From contig NC_057719.1 in the NCBI RefSeq assembly GCF_004010195.1, positions 8,816,066 to 8,880,065 on the forward strand: a stretch of DNA of 64,000 nt. The letters are read 5' to 3'. The notes beneath the pieces were generated by a model. It made no database searches. It was not told where the DNA came from and saw nothing but the letters and a program-made list of their open reading frames with translations. A program made the position numbers and the translations under genes. The DNA is from Chiloscyllium plagiosum (Eukaryota). Of this stretch, positions 37,989 to 50,535 are shown piece after piece; within the stretch, counting starts at the first letter, position 1, and each line of letters opens with the position of its first letter.

Positions 37989-38985
37989 GCATCATTGGCC
38001 AGGCCAACACTTATTCCTTAAAACAAAGTGGCAGTGAGCTGCCTTCTTGAATTGCTGCAGTTCAGTTGCTGGAGGTAGATCCATGATGCAATCAAGGAGC
38101 AAGTTTCAGGATTTTGACCCGACAACATCAATGGAATGGTGATATATTTCCAAGTTAGGATGGCGTGGTGCTGGAGGGGAACCTGCAGGTGATGGGGTTC
38201 CCATTTATCTACATCCCCTGTCCTTCTTGATGGAAGTGGTGGTGAATTTGGAAGGTGCTGACGACAGAGCCTTGGTAAATTACTGCAGTGCACCATGTGG
38301 ATAGTACACACTGCTATGACTGAAGGGATTGGGATGTTTGTGGATGTGGCACCAATCAAGCGAGCTGTTCTGTCCTGGATGGTGTCAAGCTTTTTGAGTG
38401 TTGTTGGAACTGGGAATGTTCCATCACACTCCTGATTTGTGTCCTGTAGATGGTAAGTTACTTAGATTAGATTCCCTACAGAGTGGCAACAGGCCCTTCG
38501 GCCCAACAAGTCCATACTGACCCTCCGAAGTGCAACCCCCCCAGACCCATTCCCTTACATTTACCCCTTCACCTAACACTACGGGCAATTTAGCATGGCC
38601 AGTTCACCTAACCTGCACATCTTTGGACTGTGGGAGGAAACCCACACAGACACGGGGAGAATGTGCAAACTCCACACAGACAGTTGCCCGAGGCAGGAAT
38701 TGAACCCTGGTCCATGGCGCTGTGAGGCAGCAGTGCTAACCACTGAGCCCATACTTGCGTCAAGATTCCTAACCTCTGACCTATTTCTTGTAGCCACAGT
38801 ACTTAGATGGGTCAAGTTCATTTCTGGTCAATTTTAGGATATTGATAGTGGGGGAAATCAGTGATCATGATACCATTGAATGTCAAATGATGATGGCTTG
38901 ATTTTCTCTTGGAATCTGAAAATGGCTATTGTCAGGCACATATGTGACATTGAAGTTACTTGCCAGTTGTCAGCCCAAACCCTTG
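37989..38985 (-). mobile_element. CR1-like family 2 LINE fragment interrupted by HE1 (-, about 38455-38750)
   Basis: PTTLKKLDTIQDRTARLIGATST...LPNSPPLPSRRT; homologous to 5595-6062. Confidence 0.8.
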
Positions 38986-39119
38986 TAGATACTTTCTGAA
39001 AATGATAATGCCCTTTGATGGTAGAAACTCTGGGTCAATTGTCGATACATTTCACAAATGCTCAAATTTCATAACTATTGCAGAAATCGATTATCACAGA
39101 AAGGAAAGGAACGTTTCTC

Positions 39120-39255
39120 CCTTCCTGGTGAAGGGCTTATGCCCAAAATGTCGACACTCCTGTTCCTTGGATGCTGCCTGACCTGCTGTGCTTTTCCAGC
39201 ACTGCACTTTTCAACTCTGACTCTCCAGCATCTGCACTCCTCACTTTCTCCTCCC
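39120..39255 (+). mobile_element. Single-arm PLE derivative family A, mutated hammerhead
   Basis: CCTGGTGAAGGGCTTATGCCCAAAATGTCGAC...CCAGCATCTGCACTCCTCACTTTCTCC. Confidence 0.8.
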
Positions 39256-39496
39256 AATGCAATCATACCAAATTTCGGACAATCACACCAAAAGAAAAGT
39301 GCTGACTGGCTGTCAGGTCGACTTGAATTGGCCAAGATGTTAACCTTAGGGAATGCAACAGAGAAACTCAAAGGCTCCCTGTGCACTCGAATCACTCATG
39401 GAAGATTCAAAGCTTGAACTTATTCCTTTTGTTTGCAGAACATCTTTTCTCAGGAGTATATTGTTGTGAGCGACTGAAATTTGATACTCTTGCTTT

Positions 39497-39530
39497 TGCC
39501 CTGATGAGTGGAAGTTGAAAAGCTTTAGTA
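39497..39530 (+). ncRNA. Candidate degenerate hammerhead motif (family D)
   Basis: CUGAUGA-GUGGAAGUU-GAAA-AGCUUU with palindromic AAGCUU; stem II weak. Confidence 0.35.
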
Positions 39531-41510
39531 ACTCGTCCCTCTTTTCAGCGGGATTCTTTAGAACCTCTGTGAGGCAACTGTGAAGTTGGTTGTAAAGAGG
39601 GTTCTCAGGATTTGAATACAGTCATCAATCCGATTTACCAGATAGCTTGAAATGCAAGCAGAACCTTAAGACAACTGAGCACAGACTCTGGATTGGAGCA
39701 CCCCATTCAAAACTGAGGGGCTGCTGCACTCTTGAAACTCTGGTCTTTTGTACACCCTGCCGCTTCCTCAGGCAGGATGGAAAGATCCCACAGTCTCTAA
39801 TTTCACAGGAGAGGGGGGCCAACGCAATTTATTCGTCAGTTAAATCAGTTTACTCGGTCATTACGATGCTGCCTACTGTGGGAAGATGGCTCCTGCAAAC
39901 TGGAGGTTATATTTCCCAGACCGACGACAGAGATTCAGCACATCCTGTGGTTGTGATAGGTTACAGATAAAGACAAGCTCTTTGTTTTCATTTTTTAAAA
40001 TATGGCGGTCTGTAGGATCTGCATCACTCGCTCGGAAATGCCTTAGTCCGCTGTCTGGAAGCTGGCTTAGCAGGGATGTACTCTATCAATCAACGCACAG
40101 CTAGCCTCTTGGTCGATGTAGCTCTTACCTAAATTAACAATGCCTTGAGGGTAACTCCATCACACAATCTGGCTGCAGTGACATTACTGCAGATGAGCTG
40201 CACTATACCATATTGGTAATATTCCCCACTGATGAACATGAAATACAGTCTCTCTCCACAAGTGTTGCAATTCATCAAAATCTGAATGAGACTGCTGACT
40301 AGACAGGGCATTTTGCAGCCATCTATTAGCTATGGCATCATAGAAACTTACAGCACAGAAGGAGGCCATTTGGCCCACAATCTTGTCCCAAACCCACATA
40401 AACTAAATCTCTTTGAACACACACTTAGTGGCCATTTGGAAGCTCCTGCTGCTAGTTAAATAATATGGCAATGGGGAAGTGGTGGGCACTCCATCACTGC
40501 CTTCCTTTGCCTTTTCGCAAATCTTCACCTTAACCTGTCCTTAGACTGTCAATAATTCTAACTTCACTATCATCTACGTGGGATGAAAGAACCCAGTTTG
40601 AGTCTCGCCAAGGCTTGACTGTTTGGCCTCTGTTTGGTCCCTGAGCTGCAAGACCCCGCCCTCCACTCTTAATTGGACAGTCAACCTACCTCCATGCCAA
40701 GTCTGACTGCTGCCCAGTCAAACATCACAGGTTCAAGACCCAGAAATGCCTTGCTTCTCATCTCCTGCAAACTCCCTCAACAAAAAAAATCAACTCACAC
40801 TGTTTGAGCTCTTTGTGCTTTATGTGGGAAAAGAATATTTAAAATTCATTTCATTTAGAAGGATTTCTCTAGTGAGGCAAAATAAAATTTTGTTTCAGAG
40901 CAGAGAGACAGATAAACACTTGTCCAGATTTCCTCTCTTTGTCAGGTGCCAGAAGTAAAAACAGAAATGAAGTAACCACTATATACTCAATCAAAAGCAT
41001 ATTCTATAGTGAAATATTAATCAGCCTAGAGGCTTTCAGCACCTTACTGACCAAAGCAGCTTAGTAATTATGGCTATTTGTAATGCAAATCTTACTAAGC
41101 ATTGTGAATTTTGGATGCCAGCATCGTTCTGAATTATTCATTCGATTTAATGCCATTACTTGCATAGAGGTAAAACTTGGCTCCTGTGTGAAGTGTACAT
41201 GAGCTGGCCAAGCATTCACACCTAGTGAATGCAGCATTGCTGCACATTTCCTATGGTGTCTTGACAATATTGTCACTGAGAGCCCTGCTTGGTGTCAAAG
41301 GAAGAGGTCAGTTACAATGTTAGGATTGCAGGGCAGTGACAACTGAGTCTGGTCTATCAACGTCACAGTGTCACTGAGCTAAATACAGCAAAACAAATAC
41401 ATGGCGCTTGGACTAGGAGGTCTTCCCAAAATCCTGGATATACTTTGTGATTTTAGGCCACTGTCAAAAATTCTTCTGTTCCGTGCTGCCTTCAGGCAGT
41501 GCATGCCATA

Positions 41511-41716
41511 TTATGGGTCATTCTGTTATAATGCACGTTTCGTCAATGCAAATTCACTGCAACGCGATTGGCGAACTGGGGACACTCTTTCTAAGGCGTG
41601 ACCTTTTCAAATGTGTGTTGGCTGTCACGCAATTACATCGCCAACATTTGAAGCACTGTTTCTAAAGTGGAGGTTGCACAAGAATGCACCCATCACCTTG
41701 GAGAGGAACTGACTGC
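41511..41716. mobile_element. Tigger/pogo-like MITE, degenerate
   Basis: TTCTGTTATAATGCACGTTTCGTCAATGCAAATT matches 22067-22100. Confidence 0.55.
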
Positions 41717-41747
41717 ACAACAAACTTAGCCAACTATATAAAGTGTA

Positions 41748-42128
41748 AATCTAACCCTAACCTTAACTCGAACCTTAATCCGAATCCTAACTCGATCCTA
41801 AACCCAAACCTTAATCTTAATTCTAACCTTAGCTCTAACCCTAACTCTAACCTTAATCCTAATTCTACCCCTAACCTTAACCCTGACCTTAATTCTACCT
41901 CTATCCTTAACCCTAACTCTAACCTGAATCCTAATCCTACTCTAACCTTAACCCTAACCCTAATCTTAACTCTAACCTTAACTCTAACCCTAACTCTAAC
42001 CTGAATCCTAATCCTAACTCTAACCTTAACCCTAACCCTAATCCTATTTCTAACCTTAACTCTAACTCTAACTCTAACCTTAACCTTAACCCTAACCCTA
42101 ATGCTAATTTTAACCCTAACCTTAACCA
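41748..42128. repeat. Interstitial telomere-like hexamer array (CCCTAA/CCTTAA/CTCTAA variants)
   Basis: About 380 bp of period-6 repeats directly visible. Confidence 0.9.
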
Positions 42129-42199
42129 ATCCAAGTAGATTGTTTTCTCTCAGATGTAAGTGGTTCCTAGGATGAGAGTGAAATTGACATTCGGACCTT

Positions 42200-42760
42200 C
42201 CTAATAGCCAGGGAGTCCAGAACTTGTGGTCACAATGCAAACATGGAGAGTTAGACTGAGCTGAGGAGAATTTCTTCATCCAGACAGTGCTGAGCCCATG
42301 GAATTCACTGCCACAGGAAACAATTGAGGCTGAAATATTAAATATTTGCAAGAATGAGTTAGAGATAGTTTTTAGGGGCTAAAGGCATGAAAGAGAGAGA
42401 ATGGAACAGGCTACTGAGTCTGAAGATCAGCTGTGATCATACTGAATGAGGAGGAGATCAGCTATGACCTTACAATGGGGGGGGGGAGGTCAGCCATGAT
42501 CACACTAATGGGGAGGGGGGTGGAGATCAGCGATGATCATACTGAATGGGGAAGATCAGCGATGATCATACTGAATGGGAGGGAGATCAGCTATGATCAT
42601 ACTGAAAGGGGGGAAGATCAGCTATGATCATACCGAATGGGGGAGAGATCAGCTATGATCATACTGAATGGGGAGAGATCAGCTATGATCATACCGAATG
42701 GGGGGAAGCAAGTTCAAAGGGCCAAAGGGGCTGCTCTTGCTCCTATTTTCTATGTTTCAA
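42200..42760 (+). mobile_element. CR1 3' fragment with its UTR hairpin expanded into 9 tandem copies (42425-42706)
   Basis: GATCAGCTATGATCATACTGAATGGGG repeated, then the normal tail AAGGGCCAA...TGCTCCTATTTTCTATG. Confidence 0.85.
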
Positions 42761-43519
42761 TTCTGCTCACTCGCCTGATTCAATCTGTCATCTAGCACAA
42801 GCTGAATTCATGTGTTGGATTTAGTAACATATGTTTGACTTTCATTACTGGGCCCTGCCAAATTATCTTGGCCTCAATGTTGTGTGTGTGTTGGGTTCAA
42901 TGTGTTCCTTGTCCAATGTTGTGTGTGTGTTGGGTTCAATGTGTTCCTGGCTAGCCTCCTGCTTTGTCCACTCCAAGACCACTGGCATCAGAAACTGTGC
43001 TGCTCACGTCCGAATTTACACCACATCCTTATCACGCATCCTCTGTGTGCATTCTGACCCACAGTGCCTCCTATCTTTCATTATAAGATATACATCACGG
43101 TTCACAAACTCCATCCCACTGTGACGTTGCGCCCCTCCCTGCATCCTGTCTCTGTAATTCCTCCACCCGCTCACAACCCTGCAAAGTTACCTGAACTCCT
43201 GCAGTTCTGATATCAAGTACCCTCAATTCCTTTTTCCTTTAGTCTTTTATGAGAATGTGGGTGTCGCTGGCATGGCCACCACTTCTTGTTCATCCCTAAT
43301 TGCCCTTGAACTGAGTGGCTTGCTGGACCAGTTCAGAGGTCAGTTGGAAGGCAAGCACGTTTCTGTGGGTCTGGAATCACATGTAGGCCAGACCAGGTAA
43401 GGATGGCAGATTTCATATAATCATGCAATCCCTACATTAAATGTTTTCAAGAAGGAGTTAGAGAAAGTTCTTTGTGGCTAAAGGCATTAAAGGGAGAAAA
43501 TGGAACAGGCTACTGAGTC

Positions 43520-43812
43520 AGACCATTCAGCCCATCGAGCTCACACTGACCCTCAAAAGAGCATCCCACCTAGACCCATCTCCCTGTGCCAATCCACCTA
43601 GCCTGCACATCCATGGACACTACGAGCAATTTAGCATGGCTGACCCACCTAACCTGCATATCTTCAGACTGGGGGAGAAACCAGAGCACCCGAAGGAAAC
43701 CCATGTAGACATGAGGAGAATGCGCAAACTCCACACAGACAGTCAGCTAAGGCTGGAATTGAACCTGTGCCCCTGGTACTGTGAGGCGGCAGTATTAACC
43801 ACTGAGCCACCG
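43520..43812 (-). mobile_element. HE1 SINE variant
   Basis: V-domain and head on the minus strand. Confidence 0.8.
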
Positions 43813-43877
43813 TTTCCTTCTCTAAAAGGGAATAATTGAACCAGATTTATTTTAAACAATGATGGTTTTAATTGCAA

Positions 43878-44630
43878 ACACACTTAATGGTAAGGTCCTA
43901 GGGAGTGTTGCTGAACAAAGAGACCTTGGAGTGCAGGTTCACAGCTCCTTGAAAGTGAAGTTGCAAGTAAATAGGATAGTGAAGAAGGAGTTTGGTATGC
44001 TTTCCTTTATTGGTCAGAGTATTGAGTACAGGAGTTGGGAGGTAATGTTGCGGCTGTACAGGACATTGGTTAGGCCACTGTTGGAATATTGCGTGCAATT
44101 CTGGTCTCCCTTCCTATCGGAAAGATGTTGTGAAACTTGAAAGTGTTCAGAAAAGATTTACAAGGATGTTGCCAGGGTTGGAGGATCTGAGCTATAGGGA
44201 GAGGCTGAACAGGCTAGGGCTGTTTTCCCTGGAGCGTCGGAGGCTGAGGGGTGACCTTATAGAGGTTTACAAAATTATGAGGGGCATGGATAGGATAAAT
44301 AGACAAAGTCTTTTCCCTGGGGTCGGGGAATCCAGAACTAGAGGGCATAGGTTTACGGTGAGAGAGGAAAGATATAAAAGAGACCTAAGGGGCAATGTTT
44401 TCACGCAGAGGGTGGTACGTGTATGGAATGAGCTGCCAGAGGATGTGGTGGAGGCTGGTACAATTGCAACATTTAAGAGGCATTTGGATGGGTATATGAA
44501 TAGGAAGGGTTTGGAGGGATATGGGCCGGGTGCTGGCAGGTGGGACTAGATTGGGTTGGGATATCTGGTCGGCATGGACGGGTTGGACCGAAGGGTCTGT
44601 TTCCATGCTGTGCATCTCTATGATTCTATG
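43878..44630 (+). mobile_element. HER1 LINE 3' 750 bp, low divergence
   Basis: TLNGKVLGSVAEQRDLGV...LVRPLLEYCVQFWSP, one frameshift, then RLRGDLIEVYKI...FKRHLDGYMNRKGLEGY. Confidence 0.95.
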
Positions 44631-45695
44631 ACCTGGTGGGATTTGAACCCATATCCCCAGGGCATTAGATTAAACCTCTGGCACTGATATTCCCGCAACA
44701 CTATTATCCACCCTTATCACTGCAGTAATAATAGTCATACATTCAACCTCCTGCCTCCTAAACATGGGATTTCCCTCCCTCACCCTCCTCAGCTCTCTGA
44801 CTCTTTCGCTTTGTTTAAAATACTCCTCAAAAGCTGTCCCTTTGCCCCAGCATTTGCCTTAATATCACCTTCTATGACTCACTGAGACACTGAAAGGGAA
44901 TGAAGACGGGAGTGTTTGGAGGCACTGCGAGCAGTCTCGATTACTGCACAACATCCCGAGGGAACCTCCTGTCATACAATTTCACAGATATGAAAAAAAC
45001 ATCAAGTGATTCAGTTTCCAGGCATAATTGGACATGGTGACCTCCCTGCCCTGTACAATGCTGAGTATTTATTGCAGTCTAGGAAATTAATTAATTATCG
45101 TCTCCATCCTGTTTTCACATAATGTGGCAATTAAATATTACACAGCTTGAAATAAGTGTTCAGGATACTATGAAACGATCTTCATTTTAAGCCAAGGCAA
45201 AGATAATAAACGCTGCTCTTCAATGGAGGAATAATTAATTTTGAACGCAAGGCTTTGTTAACCCCTCCATCACCTCATCATTTATTTCTCTTCAGCCTAC
45301 AAATTGTCATCAATCAAACAAAGATTTGAGCGGTCTGCACTTGATAATGAGCAGTGGCCAGTGGATGACACTGTGCTGTCTTTGAGGGCATCCACACGTC
45401 AATGCGCATGTCTGTGTTTATCTGTGTCTCTCCATGCGAAAGGGGGCTTTTGGGATTGAGCTTCTTAACTTAAAGCAGTAAATGTAGGCAAGTCAAGAAT
45501 GGGGCAGGTGGGGCAAAGGTCAACGGTTGCCATCCAATTATGTCAAACAGCACATCCTGCTATCAGCACACTCTCTCCATTCCCCGACACACTTCTATAT
45601 TGGTCAGTGGATTGAGTGGAGGAGTTGGGAGGTCTTGTTGCAGCTGAACAGGATAATGATTTAGGCCATTTTTGGAACACTGCATTCACAGAAAC

Positions 45696-46377
45696 GGAGA
45701 AAGTGAGGACTGCAGATGGTGGAGATAAGATTCGAGAGTGTGGCGCTGGAAAAGCACAGAAGGTCAGGCAGCATCCGAGGAGCAGAAGAATCGACGTTTA
45801 AGGCATAAGCCCTTCATCAGGTATGAGACTTGTGGGCCAGGCCATTGAGAGATAAATGGGAGGTTGGGGGGTGGTGGGACTGGGGGGAAGGTAAATGGGA
45901 ATGCAATAGGTAGATGAAGGTGGCGGGTGGGAATCGTGATAGGTCGGAGAGGAGGGTGGAGTGTATAGATGGGGTAGGTGATGGACAAGTCAGGAGGGCA
46001 GTGCTGAGGTGGAGGCTTGGGACTGGGACAATGTGGGGGGGAGGGGAAATGAGGAAACTGTTGAAATCCATTTTGATCCCGTATGGTTGCAGGGTCCCAA
46101 GGCAGAATATGAGGCGCTCTTCCTCCAGGCATGAGCGGTAAGGGTTTGGCAGTGGAGGAGGTCCAGGACCAAAAGTATGGTGCTGGAAAAGTGCAGCAGG
46201 TCAGGCAGCATCCGAGGAACAGAAGAATTGATGTTTTGGGCATAGGAACTCCTGATGAAGGGCTCATGCTCAAAACGTCGACTCTCCTGCTTCTCCGATG
46301 CTGCCTGACCTGCTGTGCTTTTCCAGCGCCACATTTTTTGACTCTGATATCCAGCATCTGCAGTCCTCACTTTCTCC
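45696..46377. mobile_element. Composite PLE: minus-strand 3' end with GIY-YIG C-terminus plus a fold-back repeat
   Basis: Minus 46055-46170 encodes VLDLLHCQT../LEEERLIFCLGTLQPYGIKMDFNSF; hammerhead motifs at about 45793-45820 (-) and 46252-46279 (+). Confidence 0.85.
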
Positions 46378-46384
46378 GAGTGCA

Positions 46385-46727
46385 TTGAACAGTACAGCAG
46401 AGGAACAGGCCCTTCGGCCTACAATGTTGTGCTGAACATGATGCCAAATTAAACTAATCCCATCTGTTTGCCCTTGTTCCATATCCCTCCATTCCTTGCA
46501 TATTCTTTTGCGCACCTAAAGGTCCCTTGAATGTCCCTATCGTATCTGCTTCCAACACAACTCCTGAAGCATGTCCCTCTCTGTGTAAAACTTACCCTGT
46601 ACATCTCCTTTGAACTTTCCCCCACTCACCTTAAATTCATGCCCCTTTTATGAGGCATTTCAACTCTGGGAAAAAGATTCTGACCATCAACCTTATCTAT
46701 GCATCTCATAATTGTATACACTTCTTT
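46385..46727 (-). mobile_element. CR1/HER1-related 3' fragment
   Basis: Same family as 7955-8527. Confidence 0.75.
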
Positions 46728-46747
46728 CATTTCTATCACATTCTTTC

Positions 46748-47232
46748 AATTCTGGTCTCCCTCCTACATAGAAGGATGTTGTGAAACTTGAAAGGGTTCA
46801 GAAAAGATTTGCAAGGATGTTGCCGGGGTTGGAGGGTTTGAGCTATAGGGAGAGGCTGAATAGGCTGGGGCTGTTTTCCCTGCAGGCTGAGGGGTGAGGT
46901 TTATAAAACTATGAGGGGCATGGATAGGGTGATTAGACAAAGTCTTCCCCCCAGGGTAGAGGTGTCAAAAACTAGATGGCATAGGTTTAGGGTGAGAGGG
47001 GTGAGATTTAAAAGGACCTAAGGGGCAACATTTTCACACACAGGGTGGTACGTGTATGGAATGAGCTGCCAAAGGAAGTGATGGAGGCTGGTACAATTAC
47101 ATCTAAAAGGTATCTGAATGGGTATATGAATAGGAAGGGTTTGGAGGGCTATGGGCCAAATGGGATTAGATTGATTTAGAATTTCTGGTCAGCATGGGCG
47201 AGTTGGACTGAAGGGTCTGTTTCCGACTCTAA
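46748..47232 (+). mobile_element. HER1 LINE 3' fragment
   Basis: GATGTTGTGAAACTTGAAAGGGTTCAGAAAAGATTT...tail. Confidence 0.9.
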
Positions 47233-47588
47233 GACAGCATGCTGTGGAAACGCTCATGTGAAATGTAGAATGAAGGTAACATTTGATCAGTCAGAAGACA
47301 ATTGGCATGACTTCCCACAATAAGCAACACCATTCCCCAGCACTGAGATAGCTGTTCTCATCTCCAATATTGAAGAGATGTTTAAATCACTGCAGCGTCA
47401 GACAGCACATTTCCCACACTGCTTGTGATACTGCGTACAACAGCAGACACTCAACCTGCTCCTCCTGTCAGACAATAGTTCAAAGTCTACCCAGTCCTGG
47501 GTGCCACACTCCAGGGAAGATAATAATGCATGAAACAGAATGCAGAAAATATTCATGGGAATAGACCCTGTGATGATGCACATCAGTT

Positions 47589-47684
47589 TCTGGATTAGTG
47601 GTGCTGGAAGAGCACAGCAGTTCAGGCAGCATCCAAGGAGCTTCGAAATCGACGTTTCAGGCAAAGGCCCTTCATTTACCTCCT
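47589..47684 (-). mobile_element. Short PLE derivative family A variant
   Basis: Minus AUGAAGGGCCUUUGCCUGAAACGUC; perfect 15-bp flanking repeat TGATGCACATCAGTT (47574 and 47685). Confidence 0.8.
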
Positions 47685-48071
47685 TGATGCACATCAGTTG
47701 CCGACTTTGATCGGAGAGGTTGGGACTATCGAAAAGAGAAGATTGAGAGCAGATTTGGTTGACAAATTCAAAATCAGATTAGAGAGGGAGCATAACTGCT
47801 CCCACTGCTGGAAGGTTCAAGAACGCTTTGGGGCATCGTTTTAAGGTAATTTGCAAAAGAAGCAATGAAGACAGAAACTTCTCATGCAGTGAGTAATTGG
47901 GATCTGGAATGCACTATCTAAGAATCTGGGTGAGGCAGGTTCAATTGACGCATCCAAAAGAGAATCCAATATCAAAGGCTATCAGGGAAAGTTGGGAAAA
48001 TAGTACGAGGTGCATTGCTCATTCAGAGAGCCAGCATTGGAACAATAGGACAAATGGCCTCCTTCAGTGTA

Positions 48072-49036
48072 GTAGAACATAGAACAGTACAGCACAGGCC
48101 CTTCGGCCCACCATGTTTGTGCTGACTTTGATGCTATTCCAAACTAATCCCATCTGCCTGTACTTAGCTCATATCCTCTATTCCCTACCTGTTCATGTGT
48201 CTGTCTAATCGCCTCTTAAGCTTTGCTATCGTACCTGCTTCTACCGTTTCCCCTGGTAGCAGGCACCTACCACCCTCTGTCCAAAAAAGTTTCTTTAAAC
48301 ATCTCCTTTACACTTTCCCCTTCTCACCTTAATCCATGCCCCTAGTACCTGGCATTTCCACTCTGGGAAAAAAGACTATCCACCCTATCCATGCCACTCA
48401 TAATTCTATATCCTTCTATCAGATCACCCCTCAGCTTCTGACGCTCTTGCAAAAACAATCCAAGTTTGTCCAACCTCTCCTATAGCTAGTACTCTCCAAT
48501 TCAGGTAGCATCCTGGTAAACCTCTAATGCGCCCTCTCCACATCCTGCCCAAAGTGTGGTGACCAGAACTGCACACAATACTCCAATGTGGCCAAACTGA
48601 AGTTTTATAGAGCTGCAACATGACTTGCTAATCTTTCTGTTCAATGCCCTGACCGTTGAAGACAAGCATGCTGTATGCCTTCTTTCCCACCTCATCCACT
48701 ATGTTGCCACTTTCAGGGAGCCATGGACTTGGACTCCTAGATCTCGCTTAACACTCTTAACGATCCCACTATTTACTGTATACTTGGCTCTTGCACTGAT
48801 CTCCCAAAATGCATCACTTCACACTTCCATTTGCCATTTTCCCACCCAAATTTCAAATGATATATATCCTGCTGTATTCTTTGACAACTTTGCTCACAAT
48901 CCACAACTCCACCAATTTTTGTGTTGTTTGAAAACTTACTAATCTGACCACAGACATTTTTATCCAAATCACTTACATTTATTACAAACAACAGCGGTTT
49001 AAGCACTGATTCTTGTGGACCACCACTGGTCACTGG
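48072..49036 (-). mobile_element. CR1 LINE ORF2 fragment, degraded
   Basis: PVTSGGPQESVLKPLLFVINVSDLD...ISKFSNNTKIGGVVD...CEVMHFG. Confidence 0.85.
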
Positions 49037-49268
49037 TGTTGCACCCATTCTTTTACTCTATGGTATATAAAGATTTCAGCACAAGTTAAGATTCTGTTGC
49101 CTTTTTATTTGTAAGGGGAGCAGTTCCCGACTTCAACTCGATGAAATTATTTAAAAACGCACAGCTGTTCCTGGCTGATGTGCACCAGGAATTAAATGAA
49201 GAAGTGTTCACATTGACTTGTGTGTGCGTGATGGAGCATAGGCTTCCCTAGGATTTTACCTTGAGGAG

Positions 49269-49428
49269 AGAAATGGGGACTACAGATGCTAGAGATCAAA
49301 GTTGGAAAGTGTGGTGCTAGAGAACCACAGCAGGTCAGGCAGCATCTGGGGAGCCGGAGTGTCAACCTTTCAGGCATAAGCCCTTCATCAGGAATGAATG
49401 CTGTGCTTTTCCAGCGCCACGTTTTGAC
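49269..49428. mobile_element. Fold-back PLE derivative family A
   Basis: Minus CUGAUGA-A-GGGC-UUAU-GCCU-GAAA; flanking repeats TTTACCTT(G/T)A(G/A)GAG at 49255 and 49429. Confidence 0.8.
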
Positions 49429-49974
49429 TTTACCTTTAAGAGTTTGATGTGAGTCTTGGGCTGCTCAGTTTGTTTTGCCCAGTGAGCATGTGCCCTCTGA
49501 ATACACATGGGCGAGAAACTGAACTGCTCAGGTCCCATGGTATTGTTCTGAGAAGACCAAGGCATGGTCCTGGTGAATATTTATCTTTCAACTAACGTCA
49601 CAGTGATCCTGTTGCTGGATCTGATTTTTCTTCTTATATCAATTCATATTAACAAAAGACATTATTGAGTATAAAGCATGTTGGGACGTTGTGTGCTTTT
49701 TTAAAGACACTACGTAAATGCAAATCAATCTTCATGGCACAAACTGCTACAGTATGAGTAGTAAATGTGAAATCTCATTCAGAGATGGGAGCAATGCTAC
49801 TCTGCAGCAGCAGAAAGCGATTGCACAGATAATAGTCGAGTCATATTTTGGAATAGTACAAGTTACAGGTTGACTGTGCTCTAAATGGATCTGTGACCAC
49901 TTAATGCTGACATTTAAGAAAAATGCCGAGGACTGCACTCTATACCCCAGCACTAAAACTACTAAACGTACTGC

Positions 49975-50535
49975 ACATTTACCTCATTAGCTGGTTTGCA
50001 GTGCAAAGTGATGCCAACAATGAGGGTTCAATTCCCACAGCAACTAAGGTTACCATGAAGGACTCTAAGATGTTGTGAAACTTGAAAGGGTTCAGAAAAG
50101 ATTTACAAGGATGTTGCCAGGGTTGGAGGATTTGTGATGCCAACAATGAGGGTTCAATTCCCACAGCAACTAAGGTTACCAAAAGGACTCTAAGATGTTG
50201 TGAAACTTGAAAGGGTTCAGAAAAGATTTACAAGGATGTTGCCAGGGTTGGAGAATTTGAGCTATGGGGAGGGTCTGAACAGGCTGGGACAGTTTTCCCT
50301 GGGATGTCGGAGGCTGAGGGGTGACCTTATAGAGGTTTACAAAATTATGAGGGGCATGGATAGGATAAATAGACAAAGTCTTTTCCCTGGGGTTGGTGCT
50401 GTACATCTCTATGACTCTATGACTATGACTCTCCCCTCGCCTAAGATTTGGCAATCCTCGGGTTACACCACCAGTTGTCTTTCTCTCCATTGAGATAGCA
50501 GCCCTATGGTCCAGTTGGACAGTGGTGATTTTACC
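49975..50535 (+). mobile_element. SINE family C disrupted by a HER1 fragment, with a 126-bp tandem duplication across the junction
   Basis: 50008-50133 repeated at 50134-50258; SINE resumes at GACTCTCCCCTCGCC (about 50427). Confidence 0.85.

Noticed and set aside
40128..40285. Minus-strand exon with AG|GTAAG donor
   Set aside because: The frames examined stop at or before the donor; no support for coding
41684..42351. ORFs with poly-(NP/NL) and poly-(VR/LG) peptides
   Set aside because: Translations of the telomere-like hexamer array
42425..42706. CRISPR-like appearance of ~30-bp palindromic repeats
   Set aside because: No unique spacers, no cas genes, vertebrate context; the unit derives from the CR1 UTR
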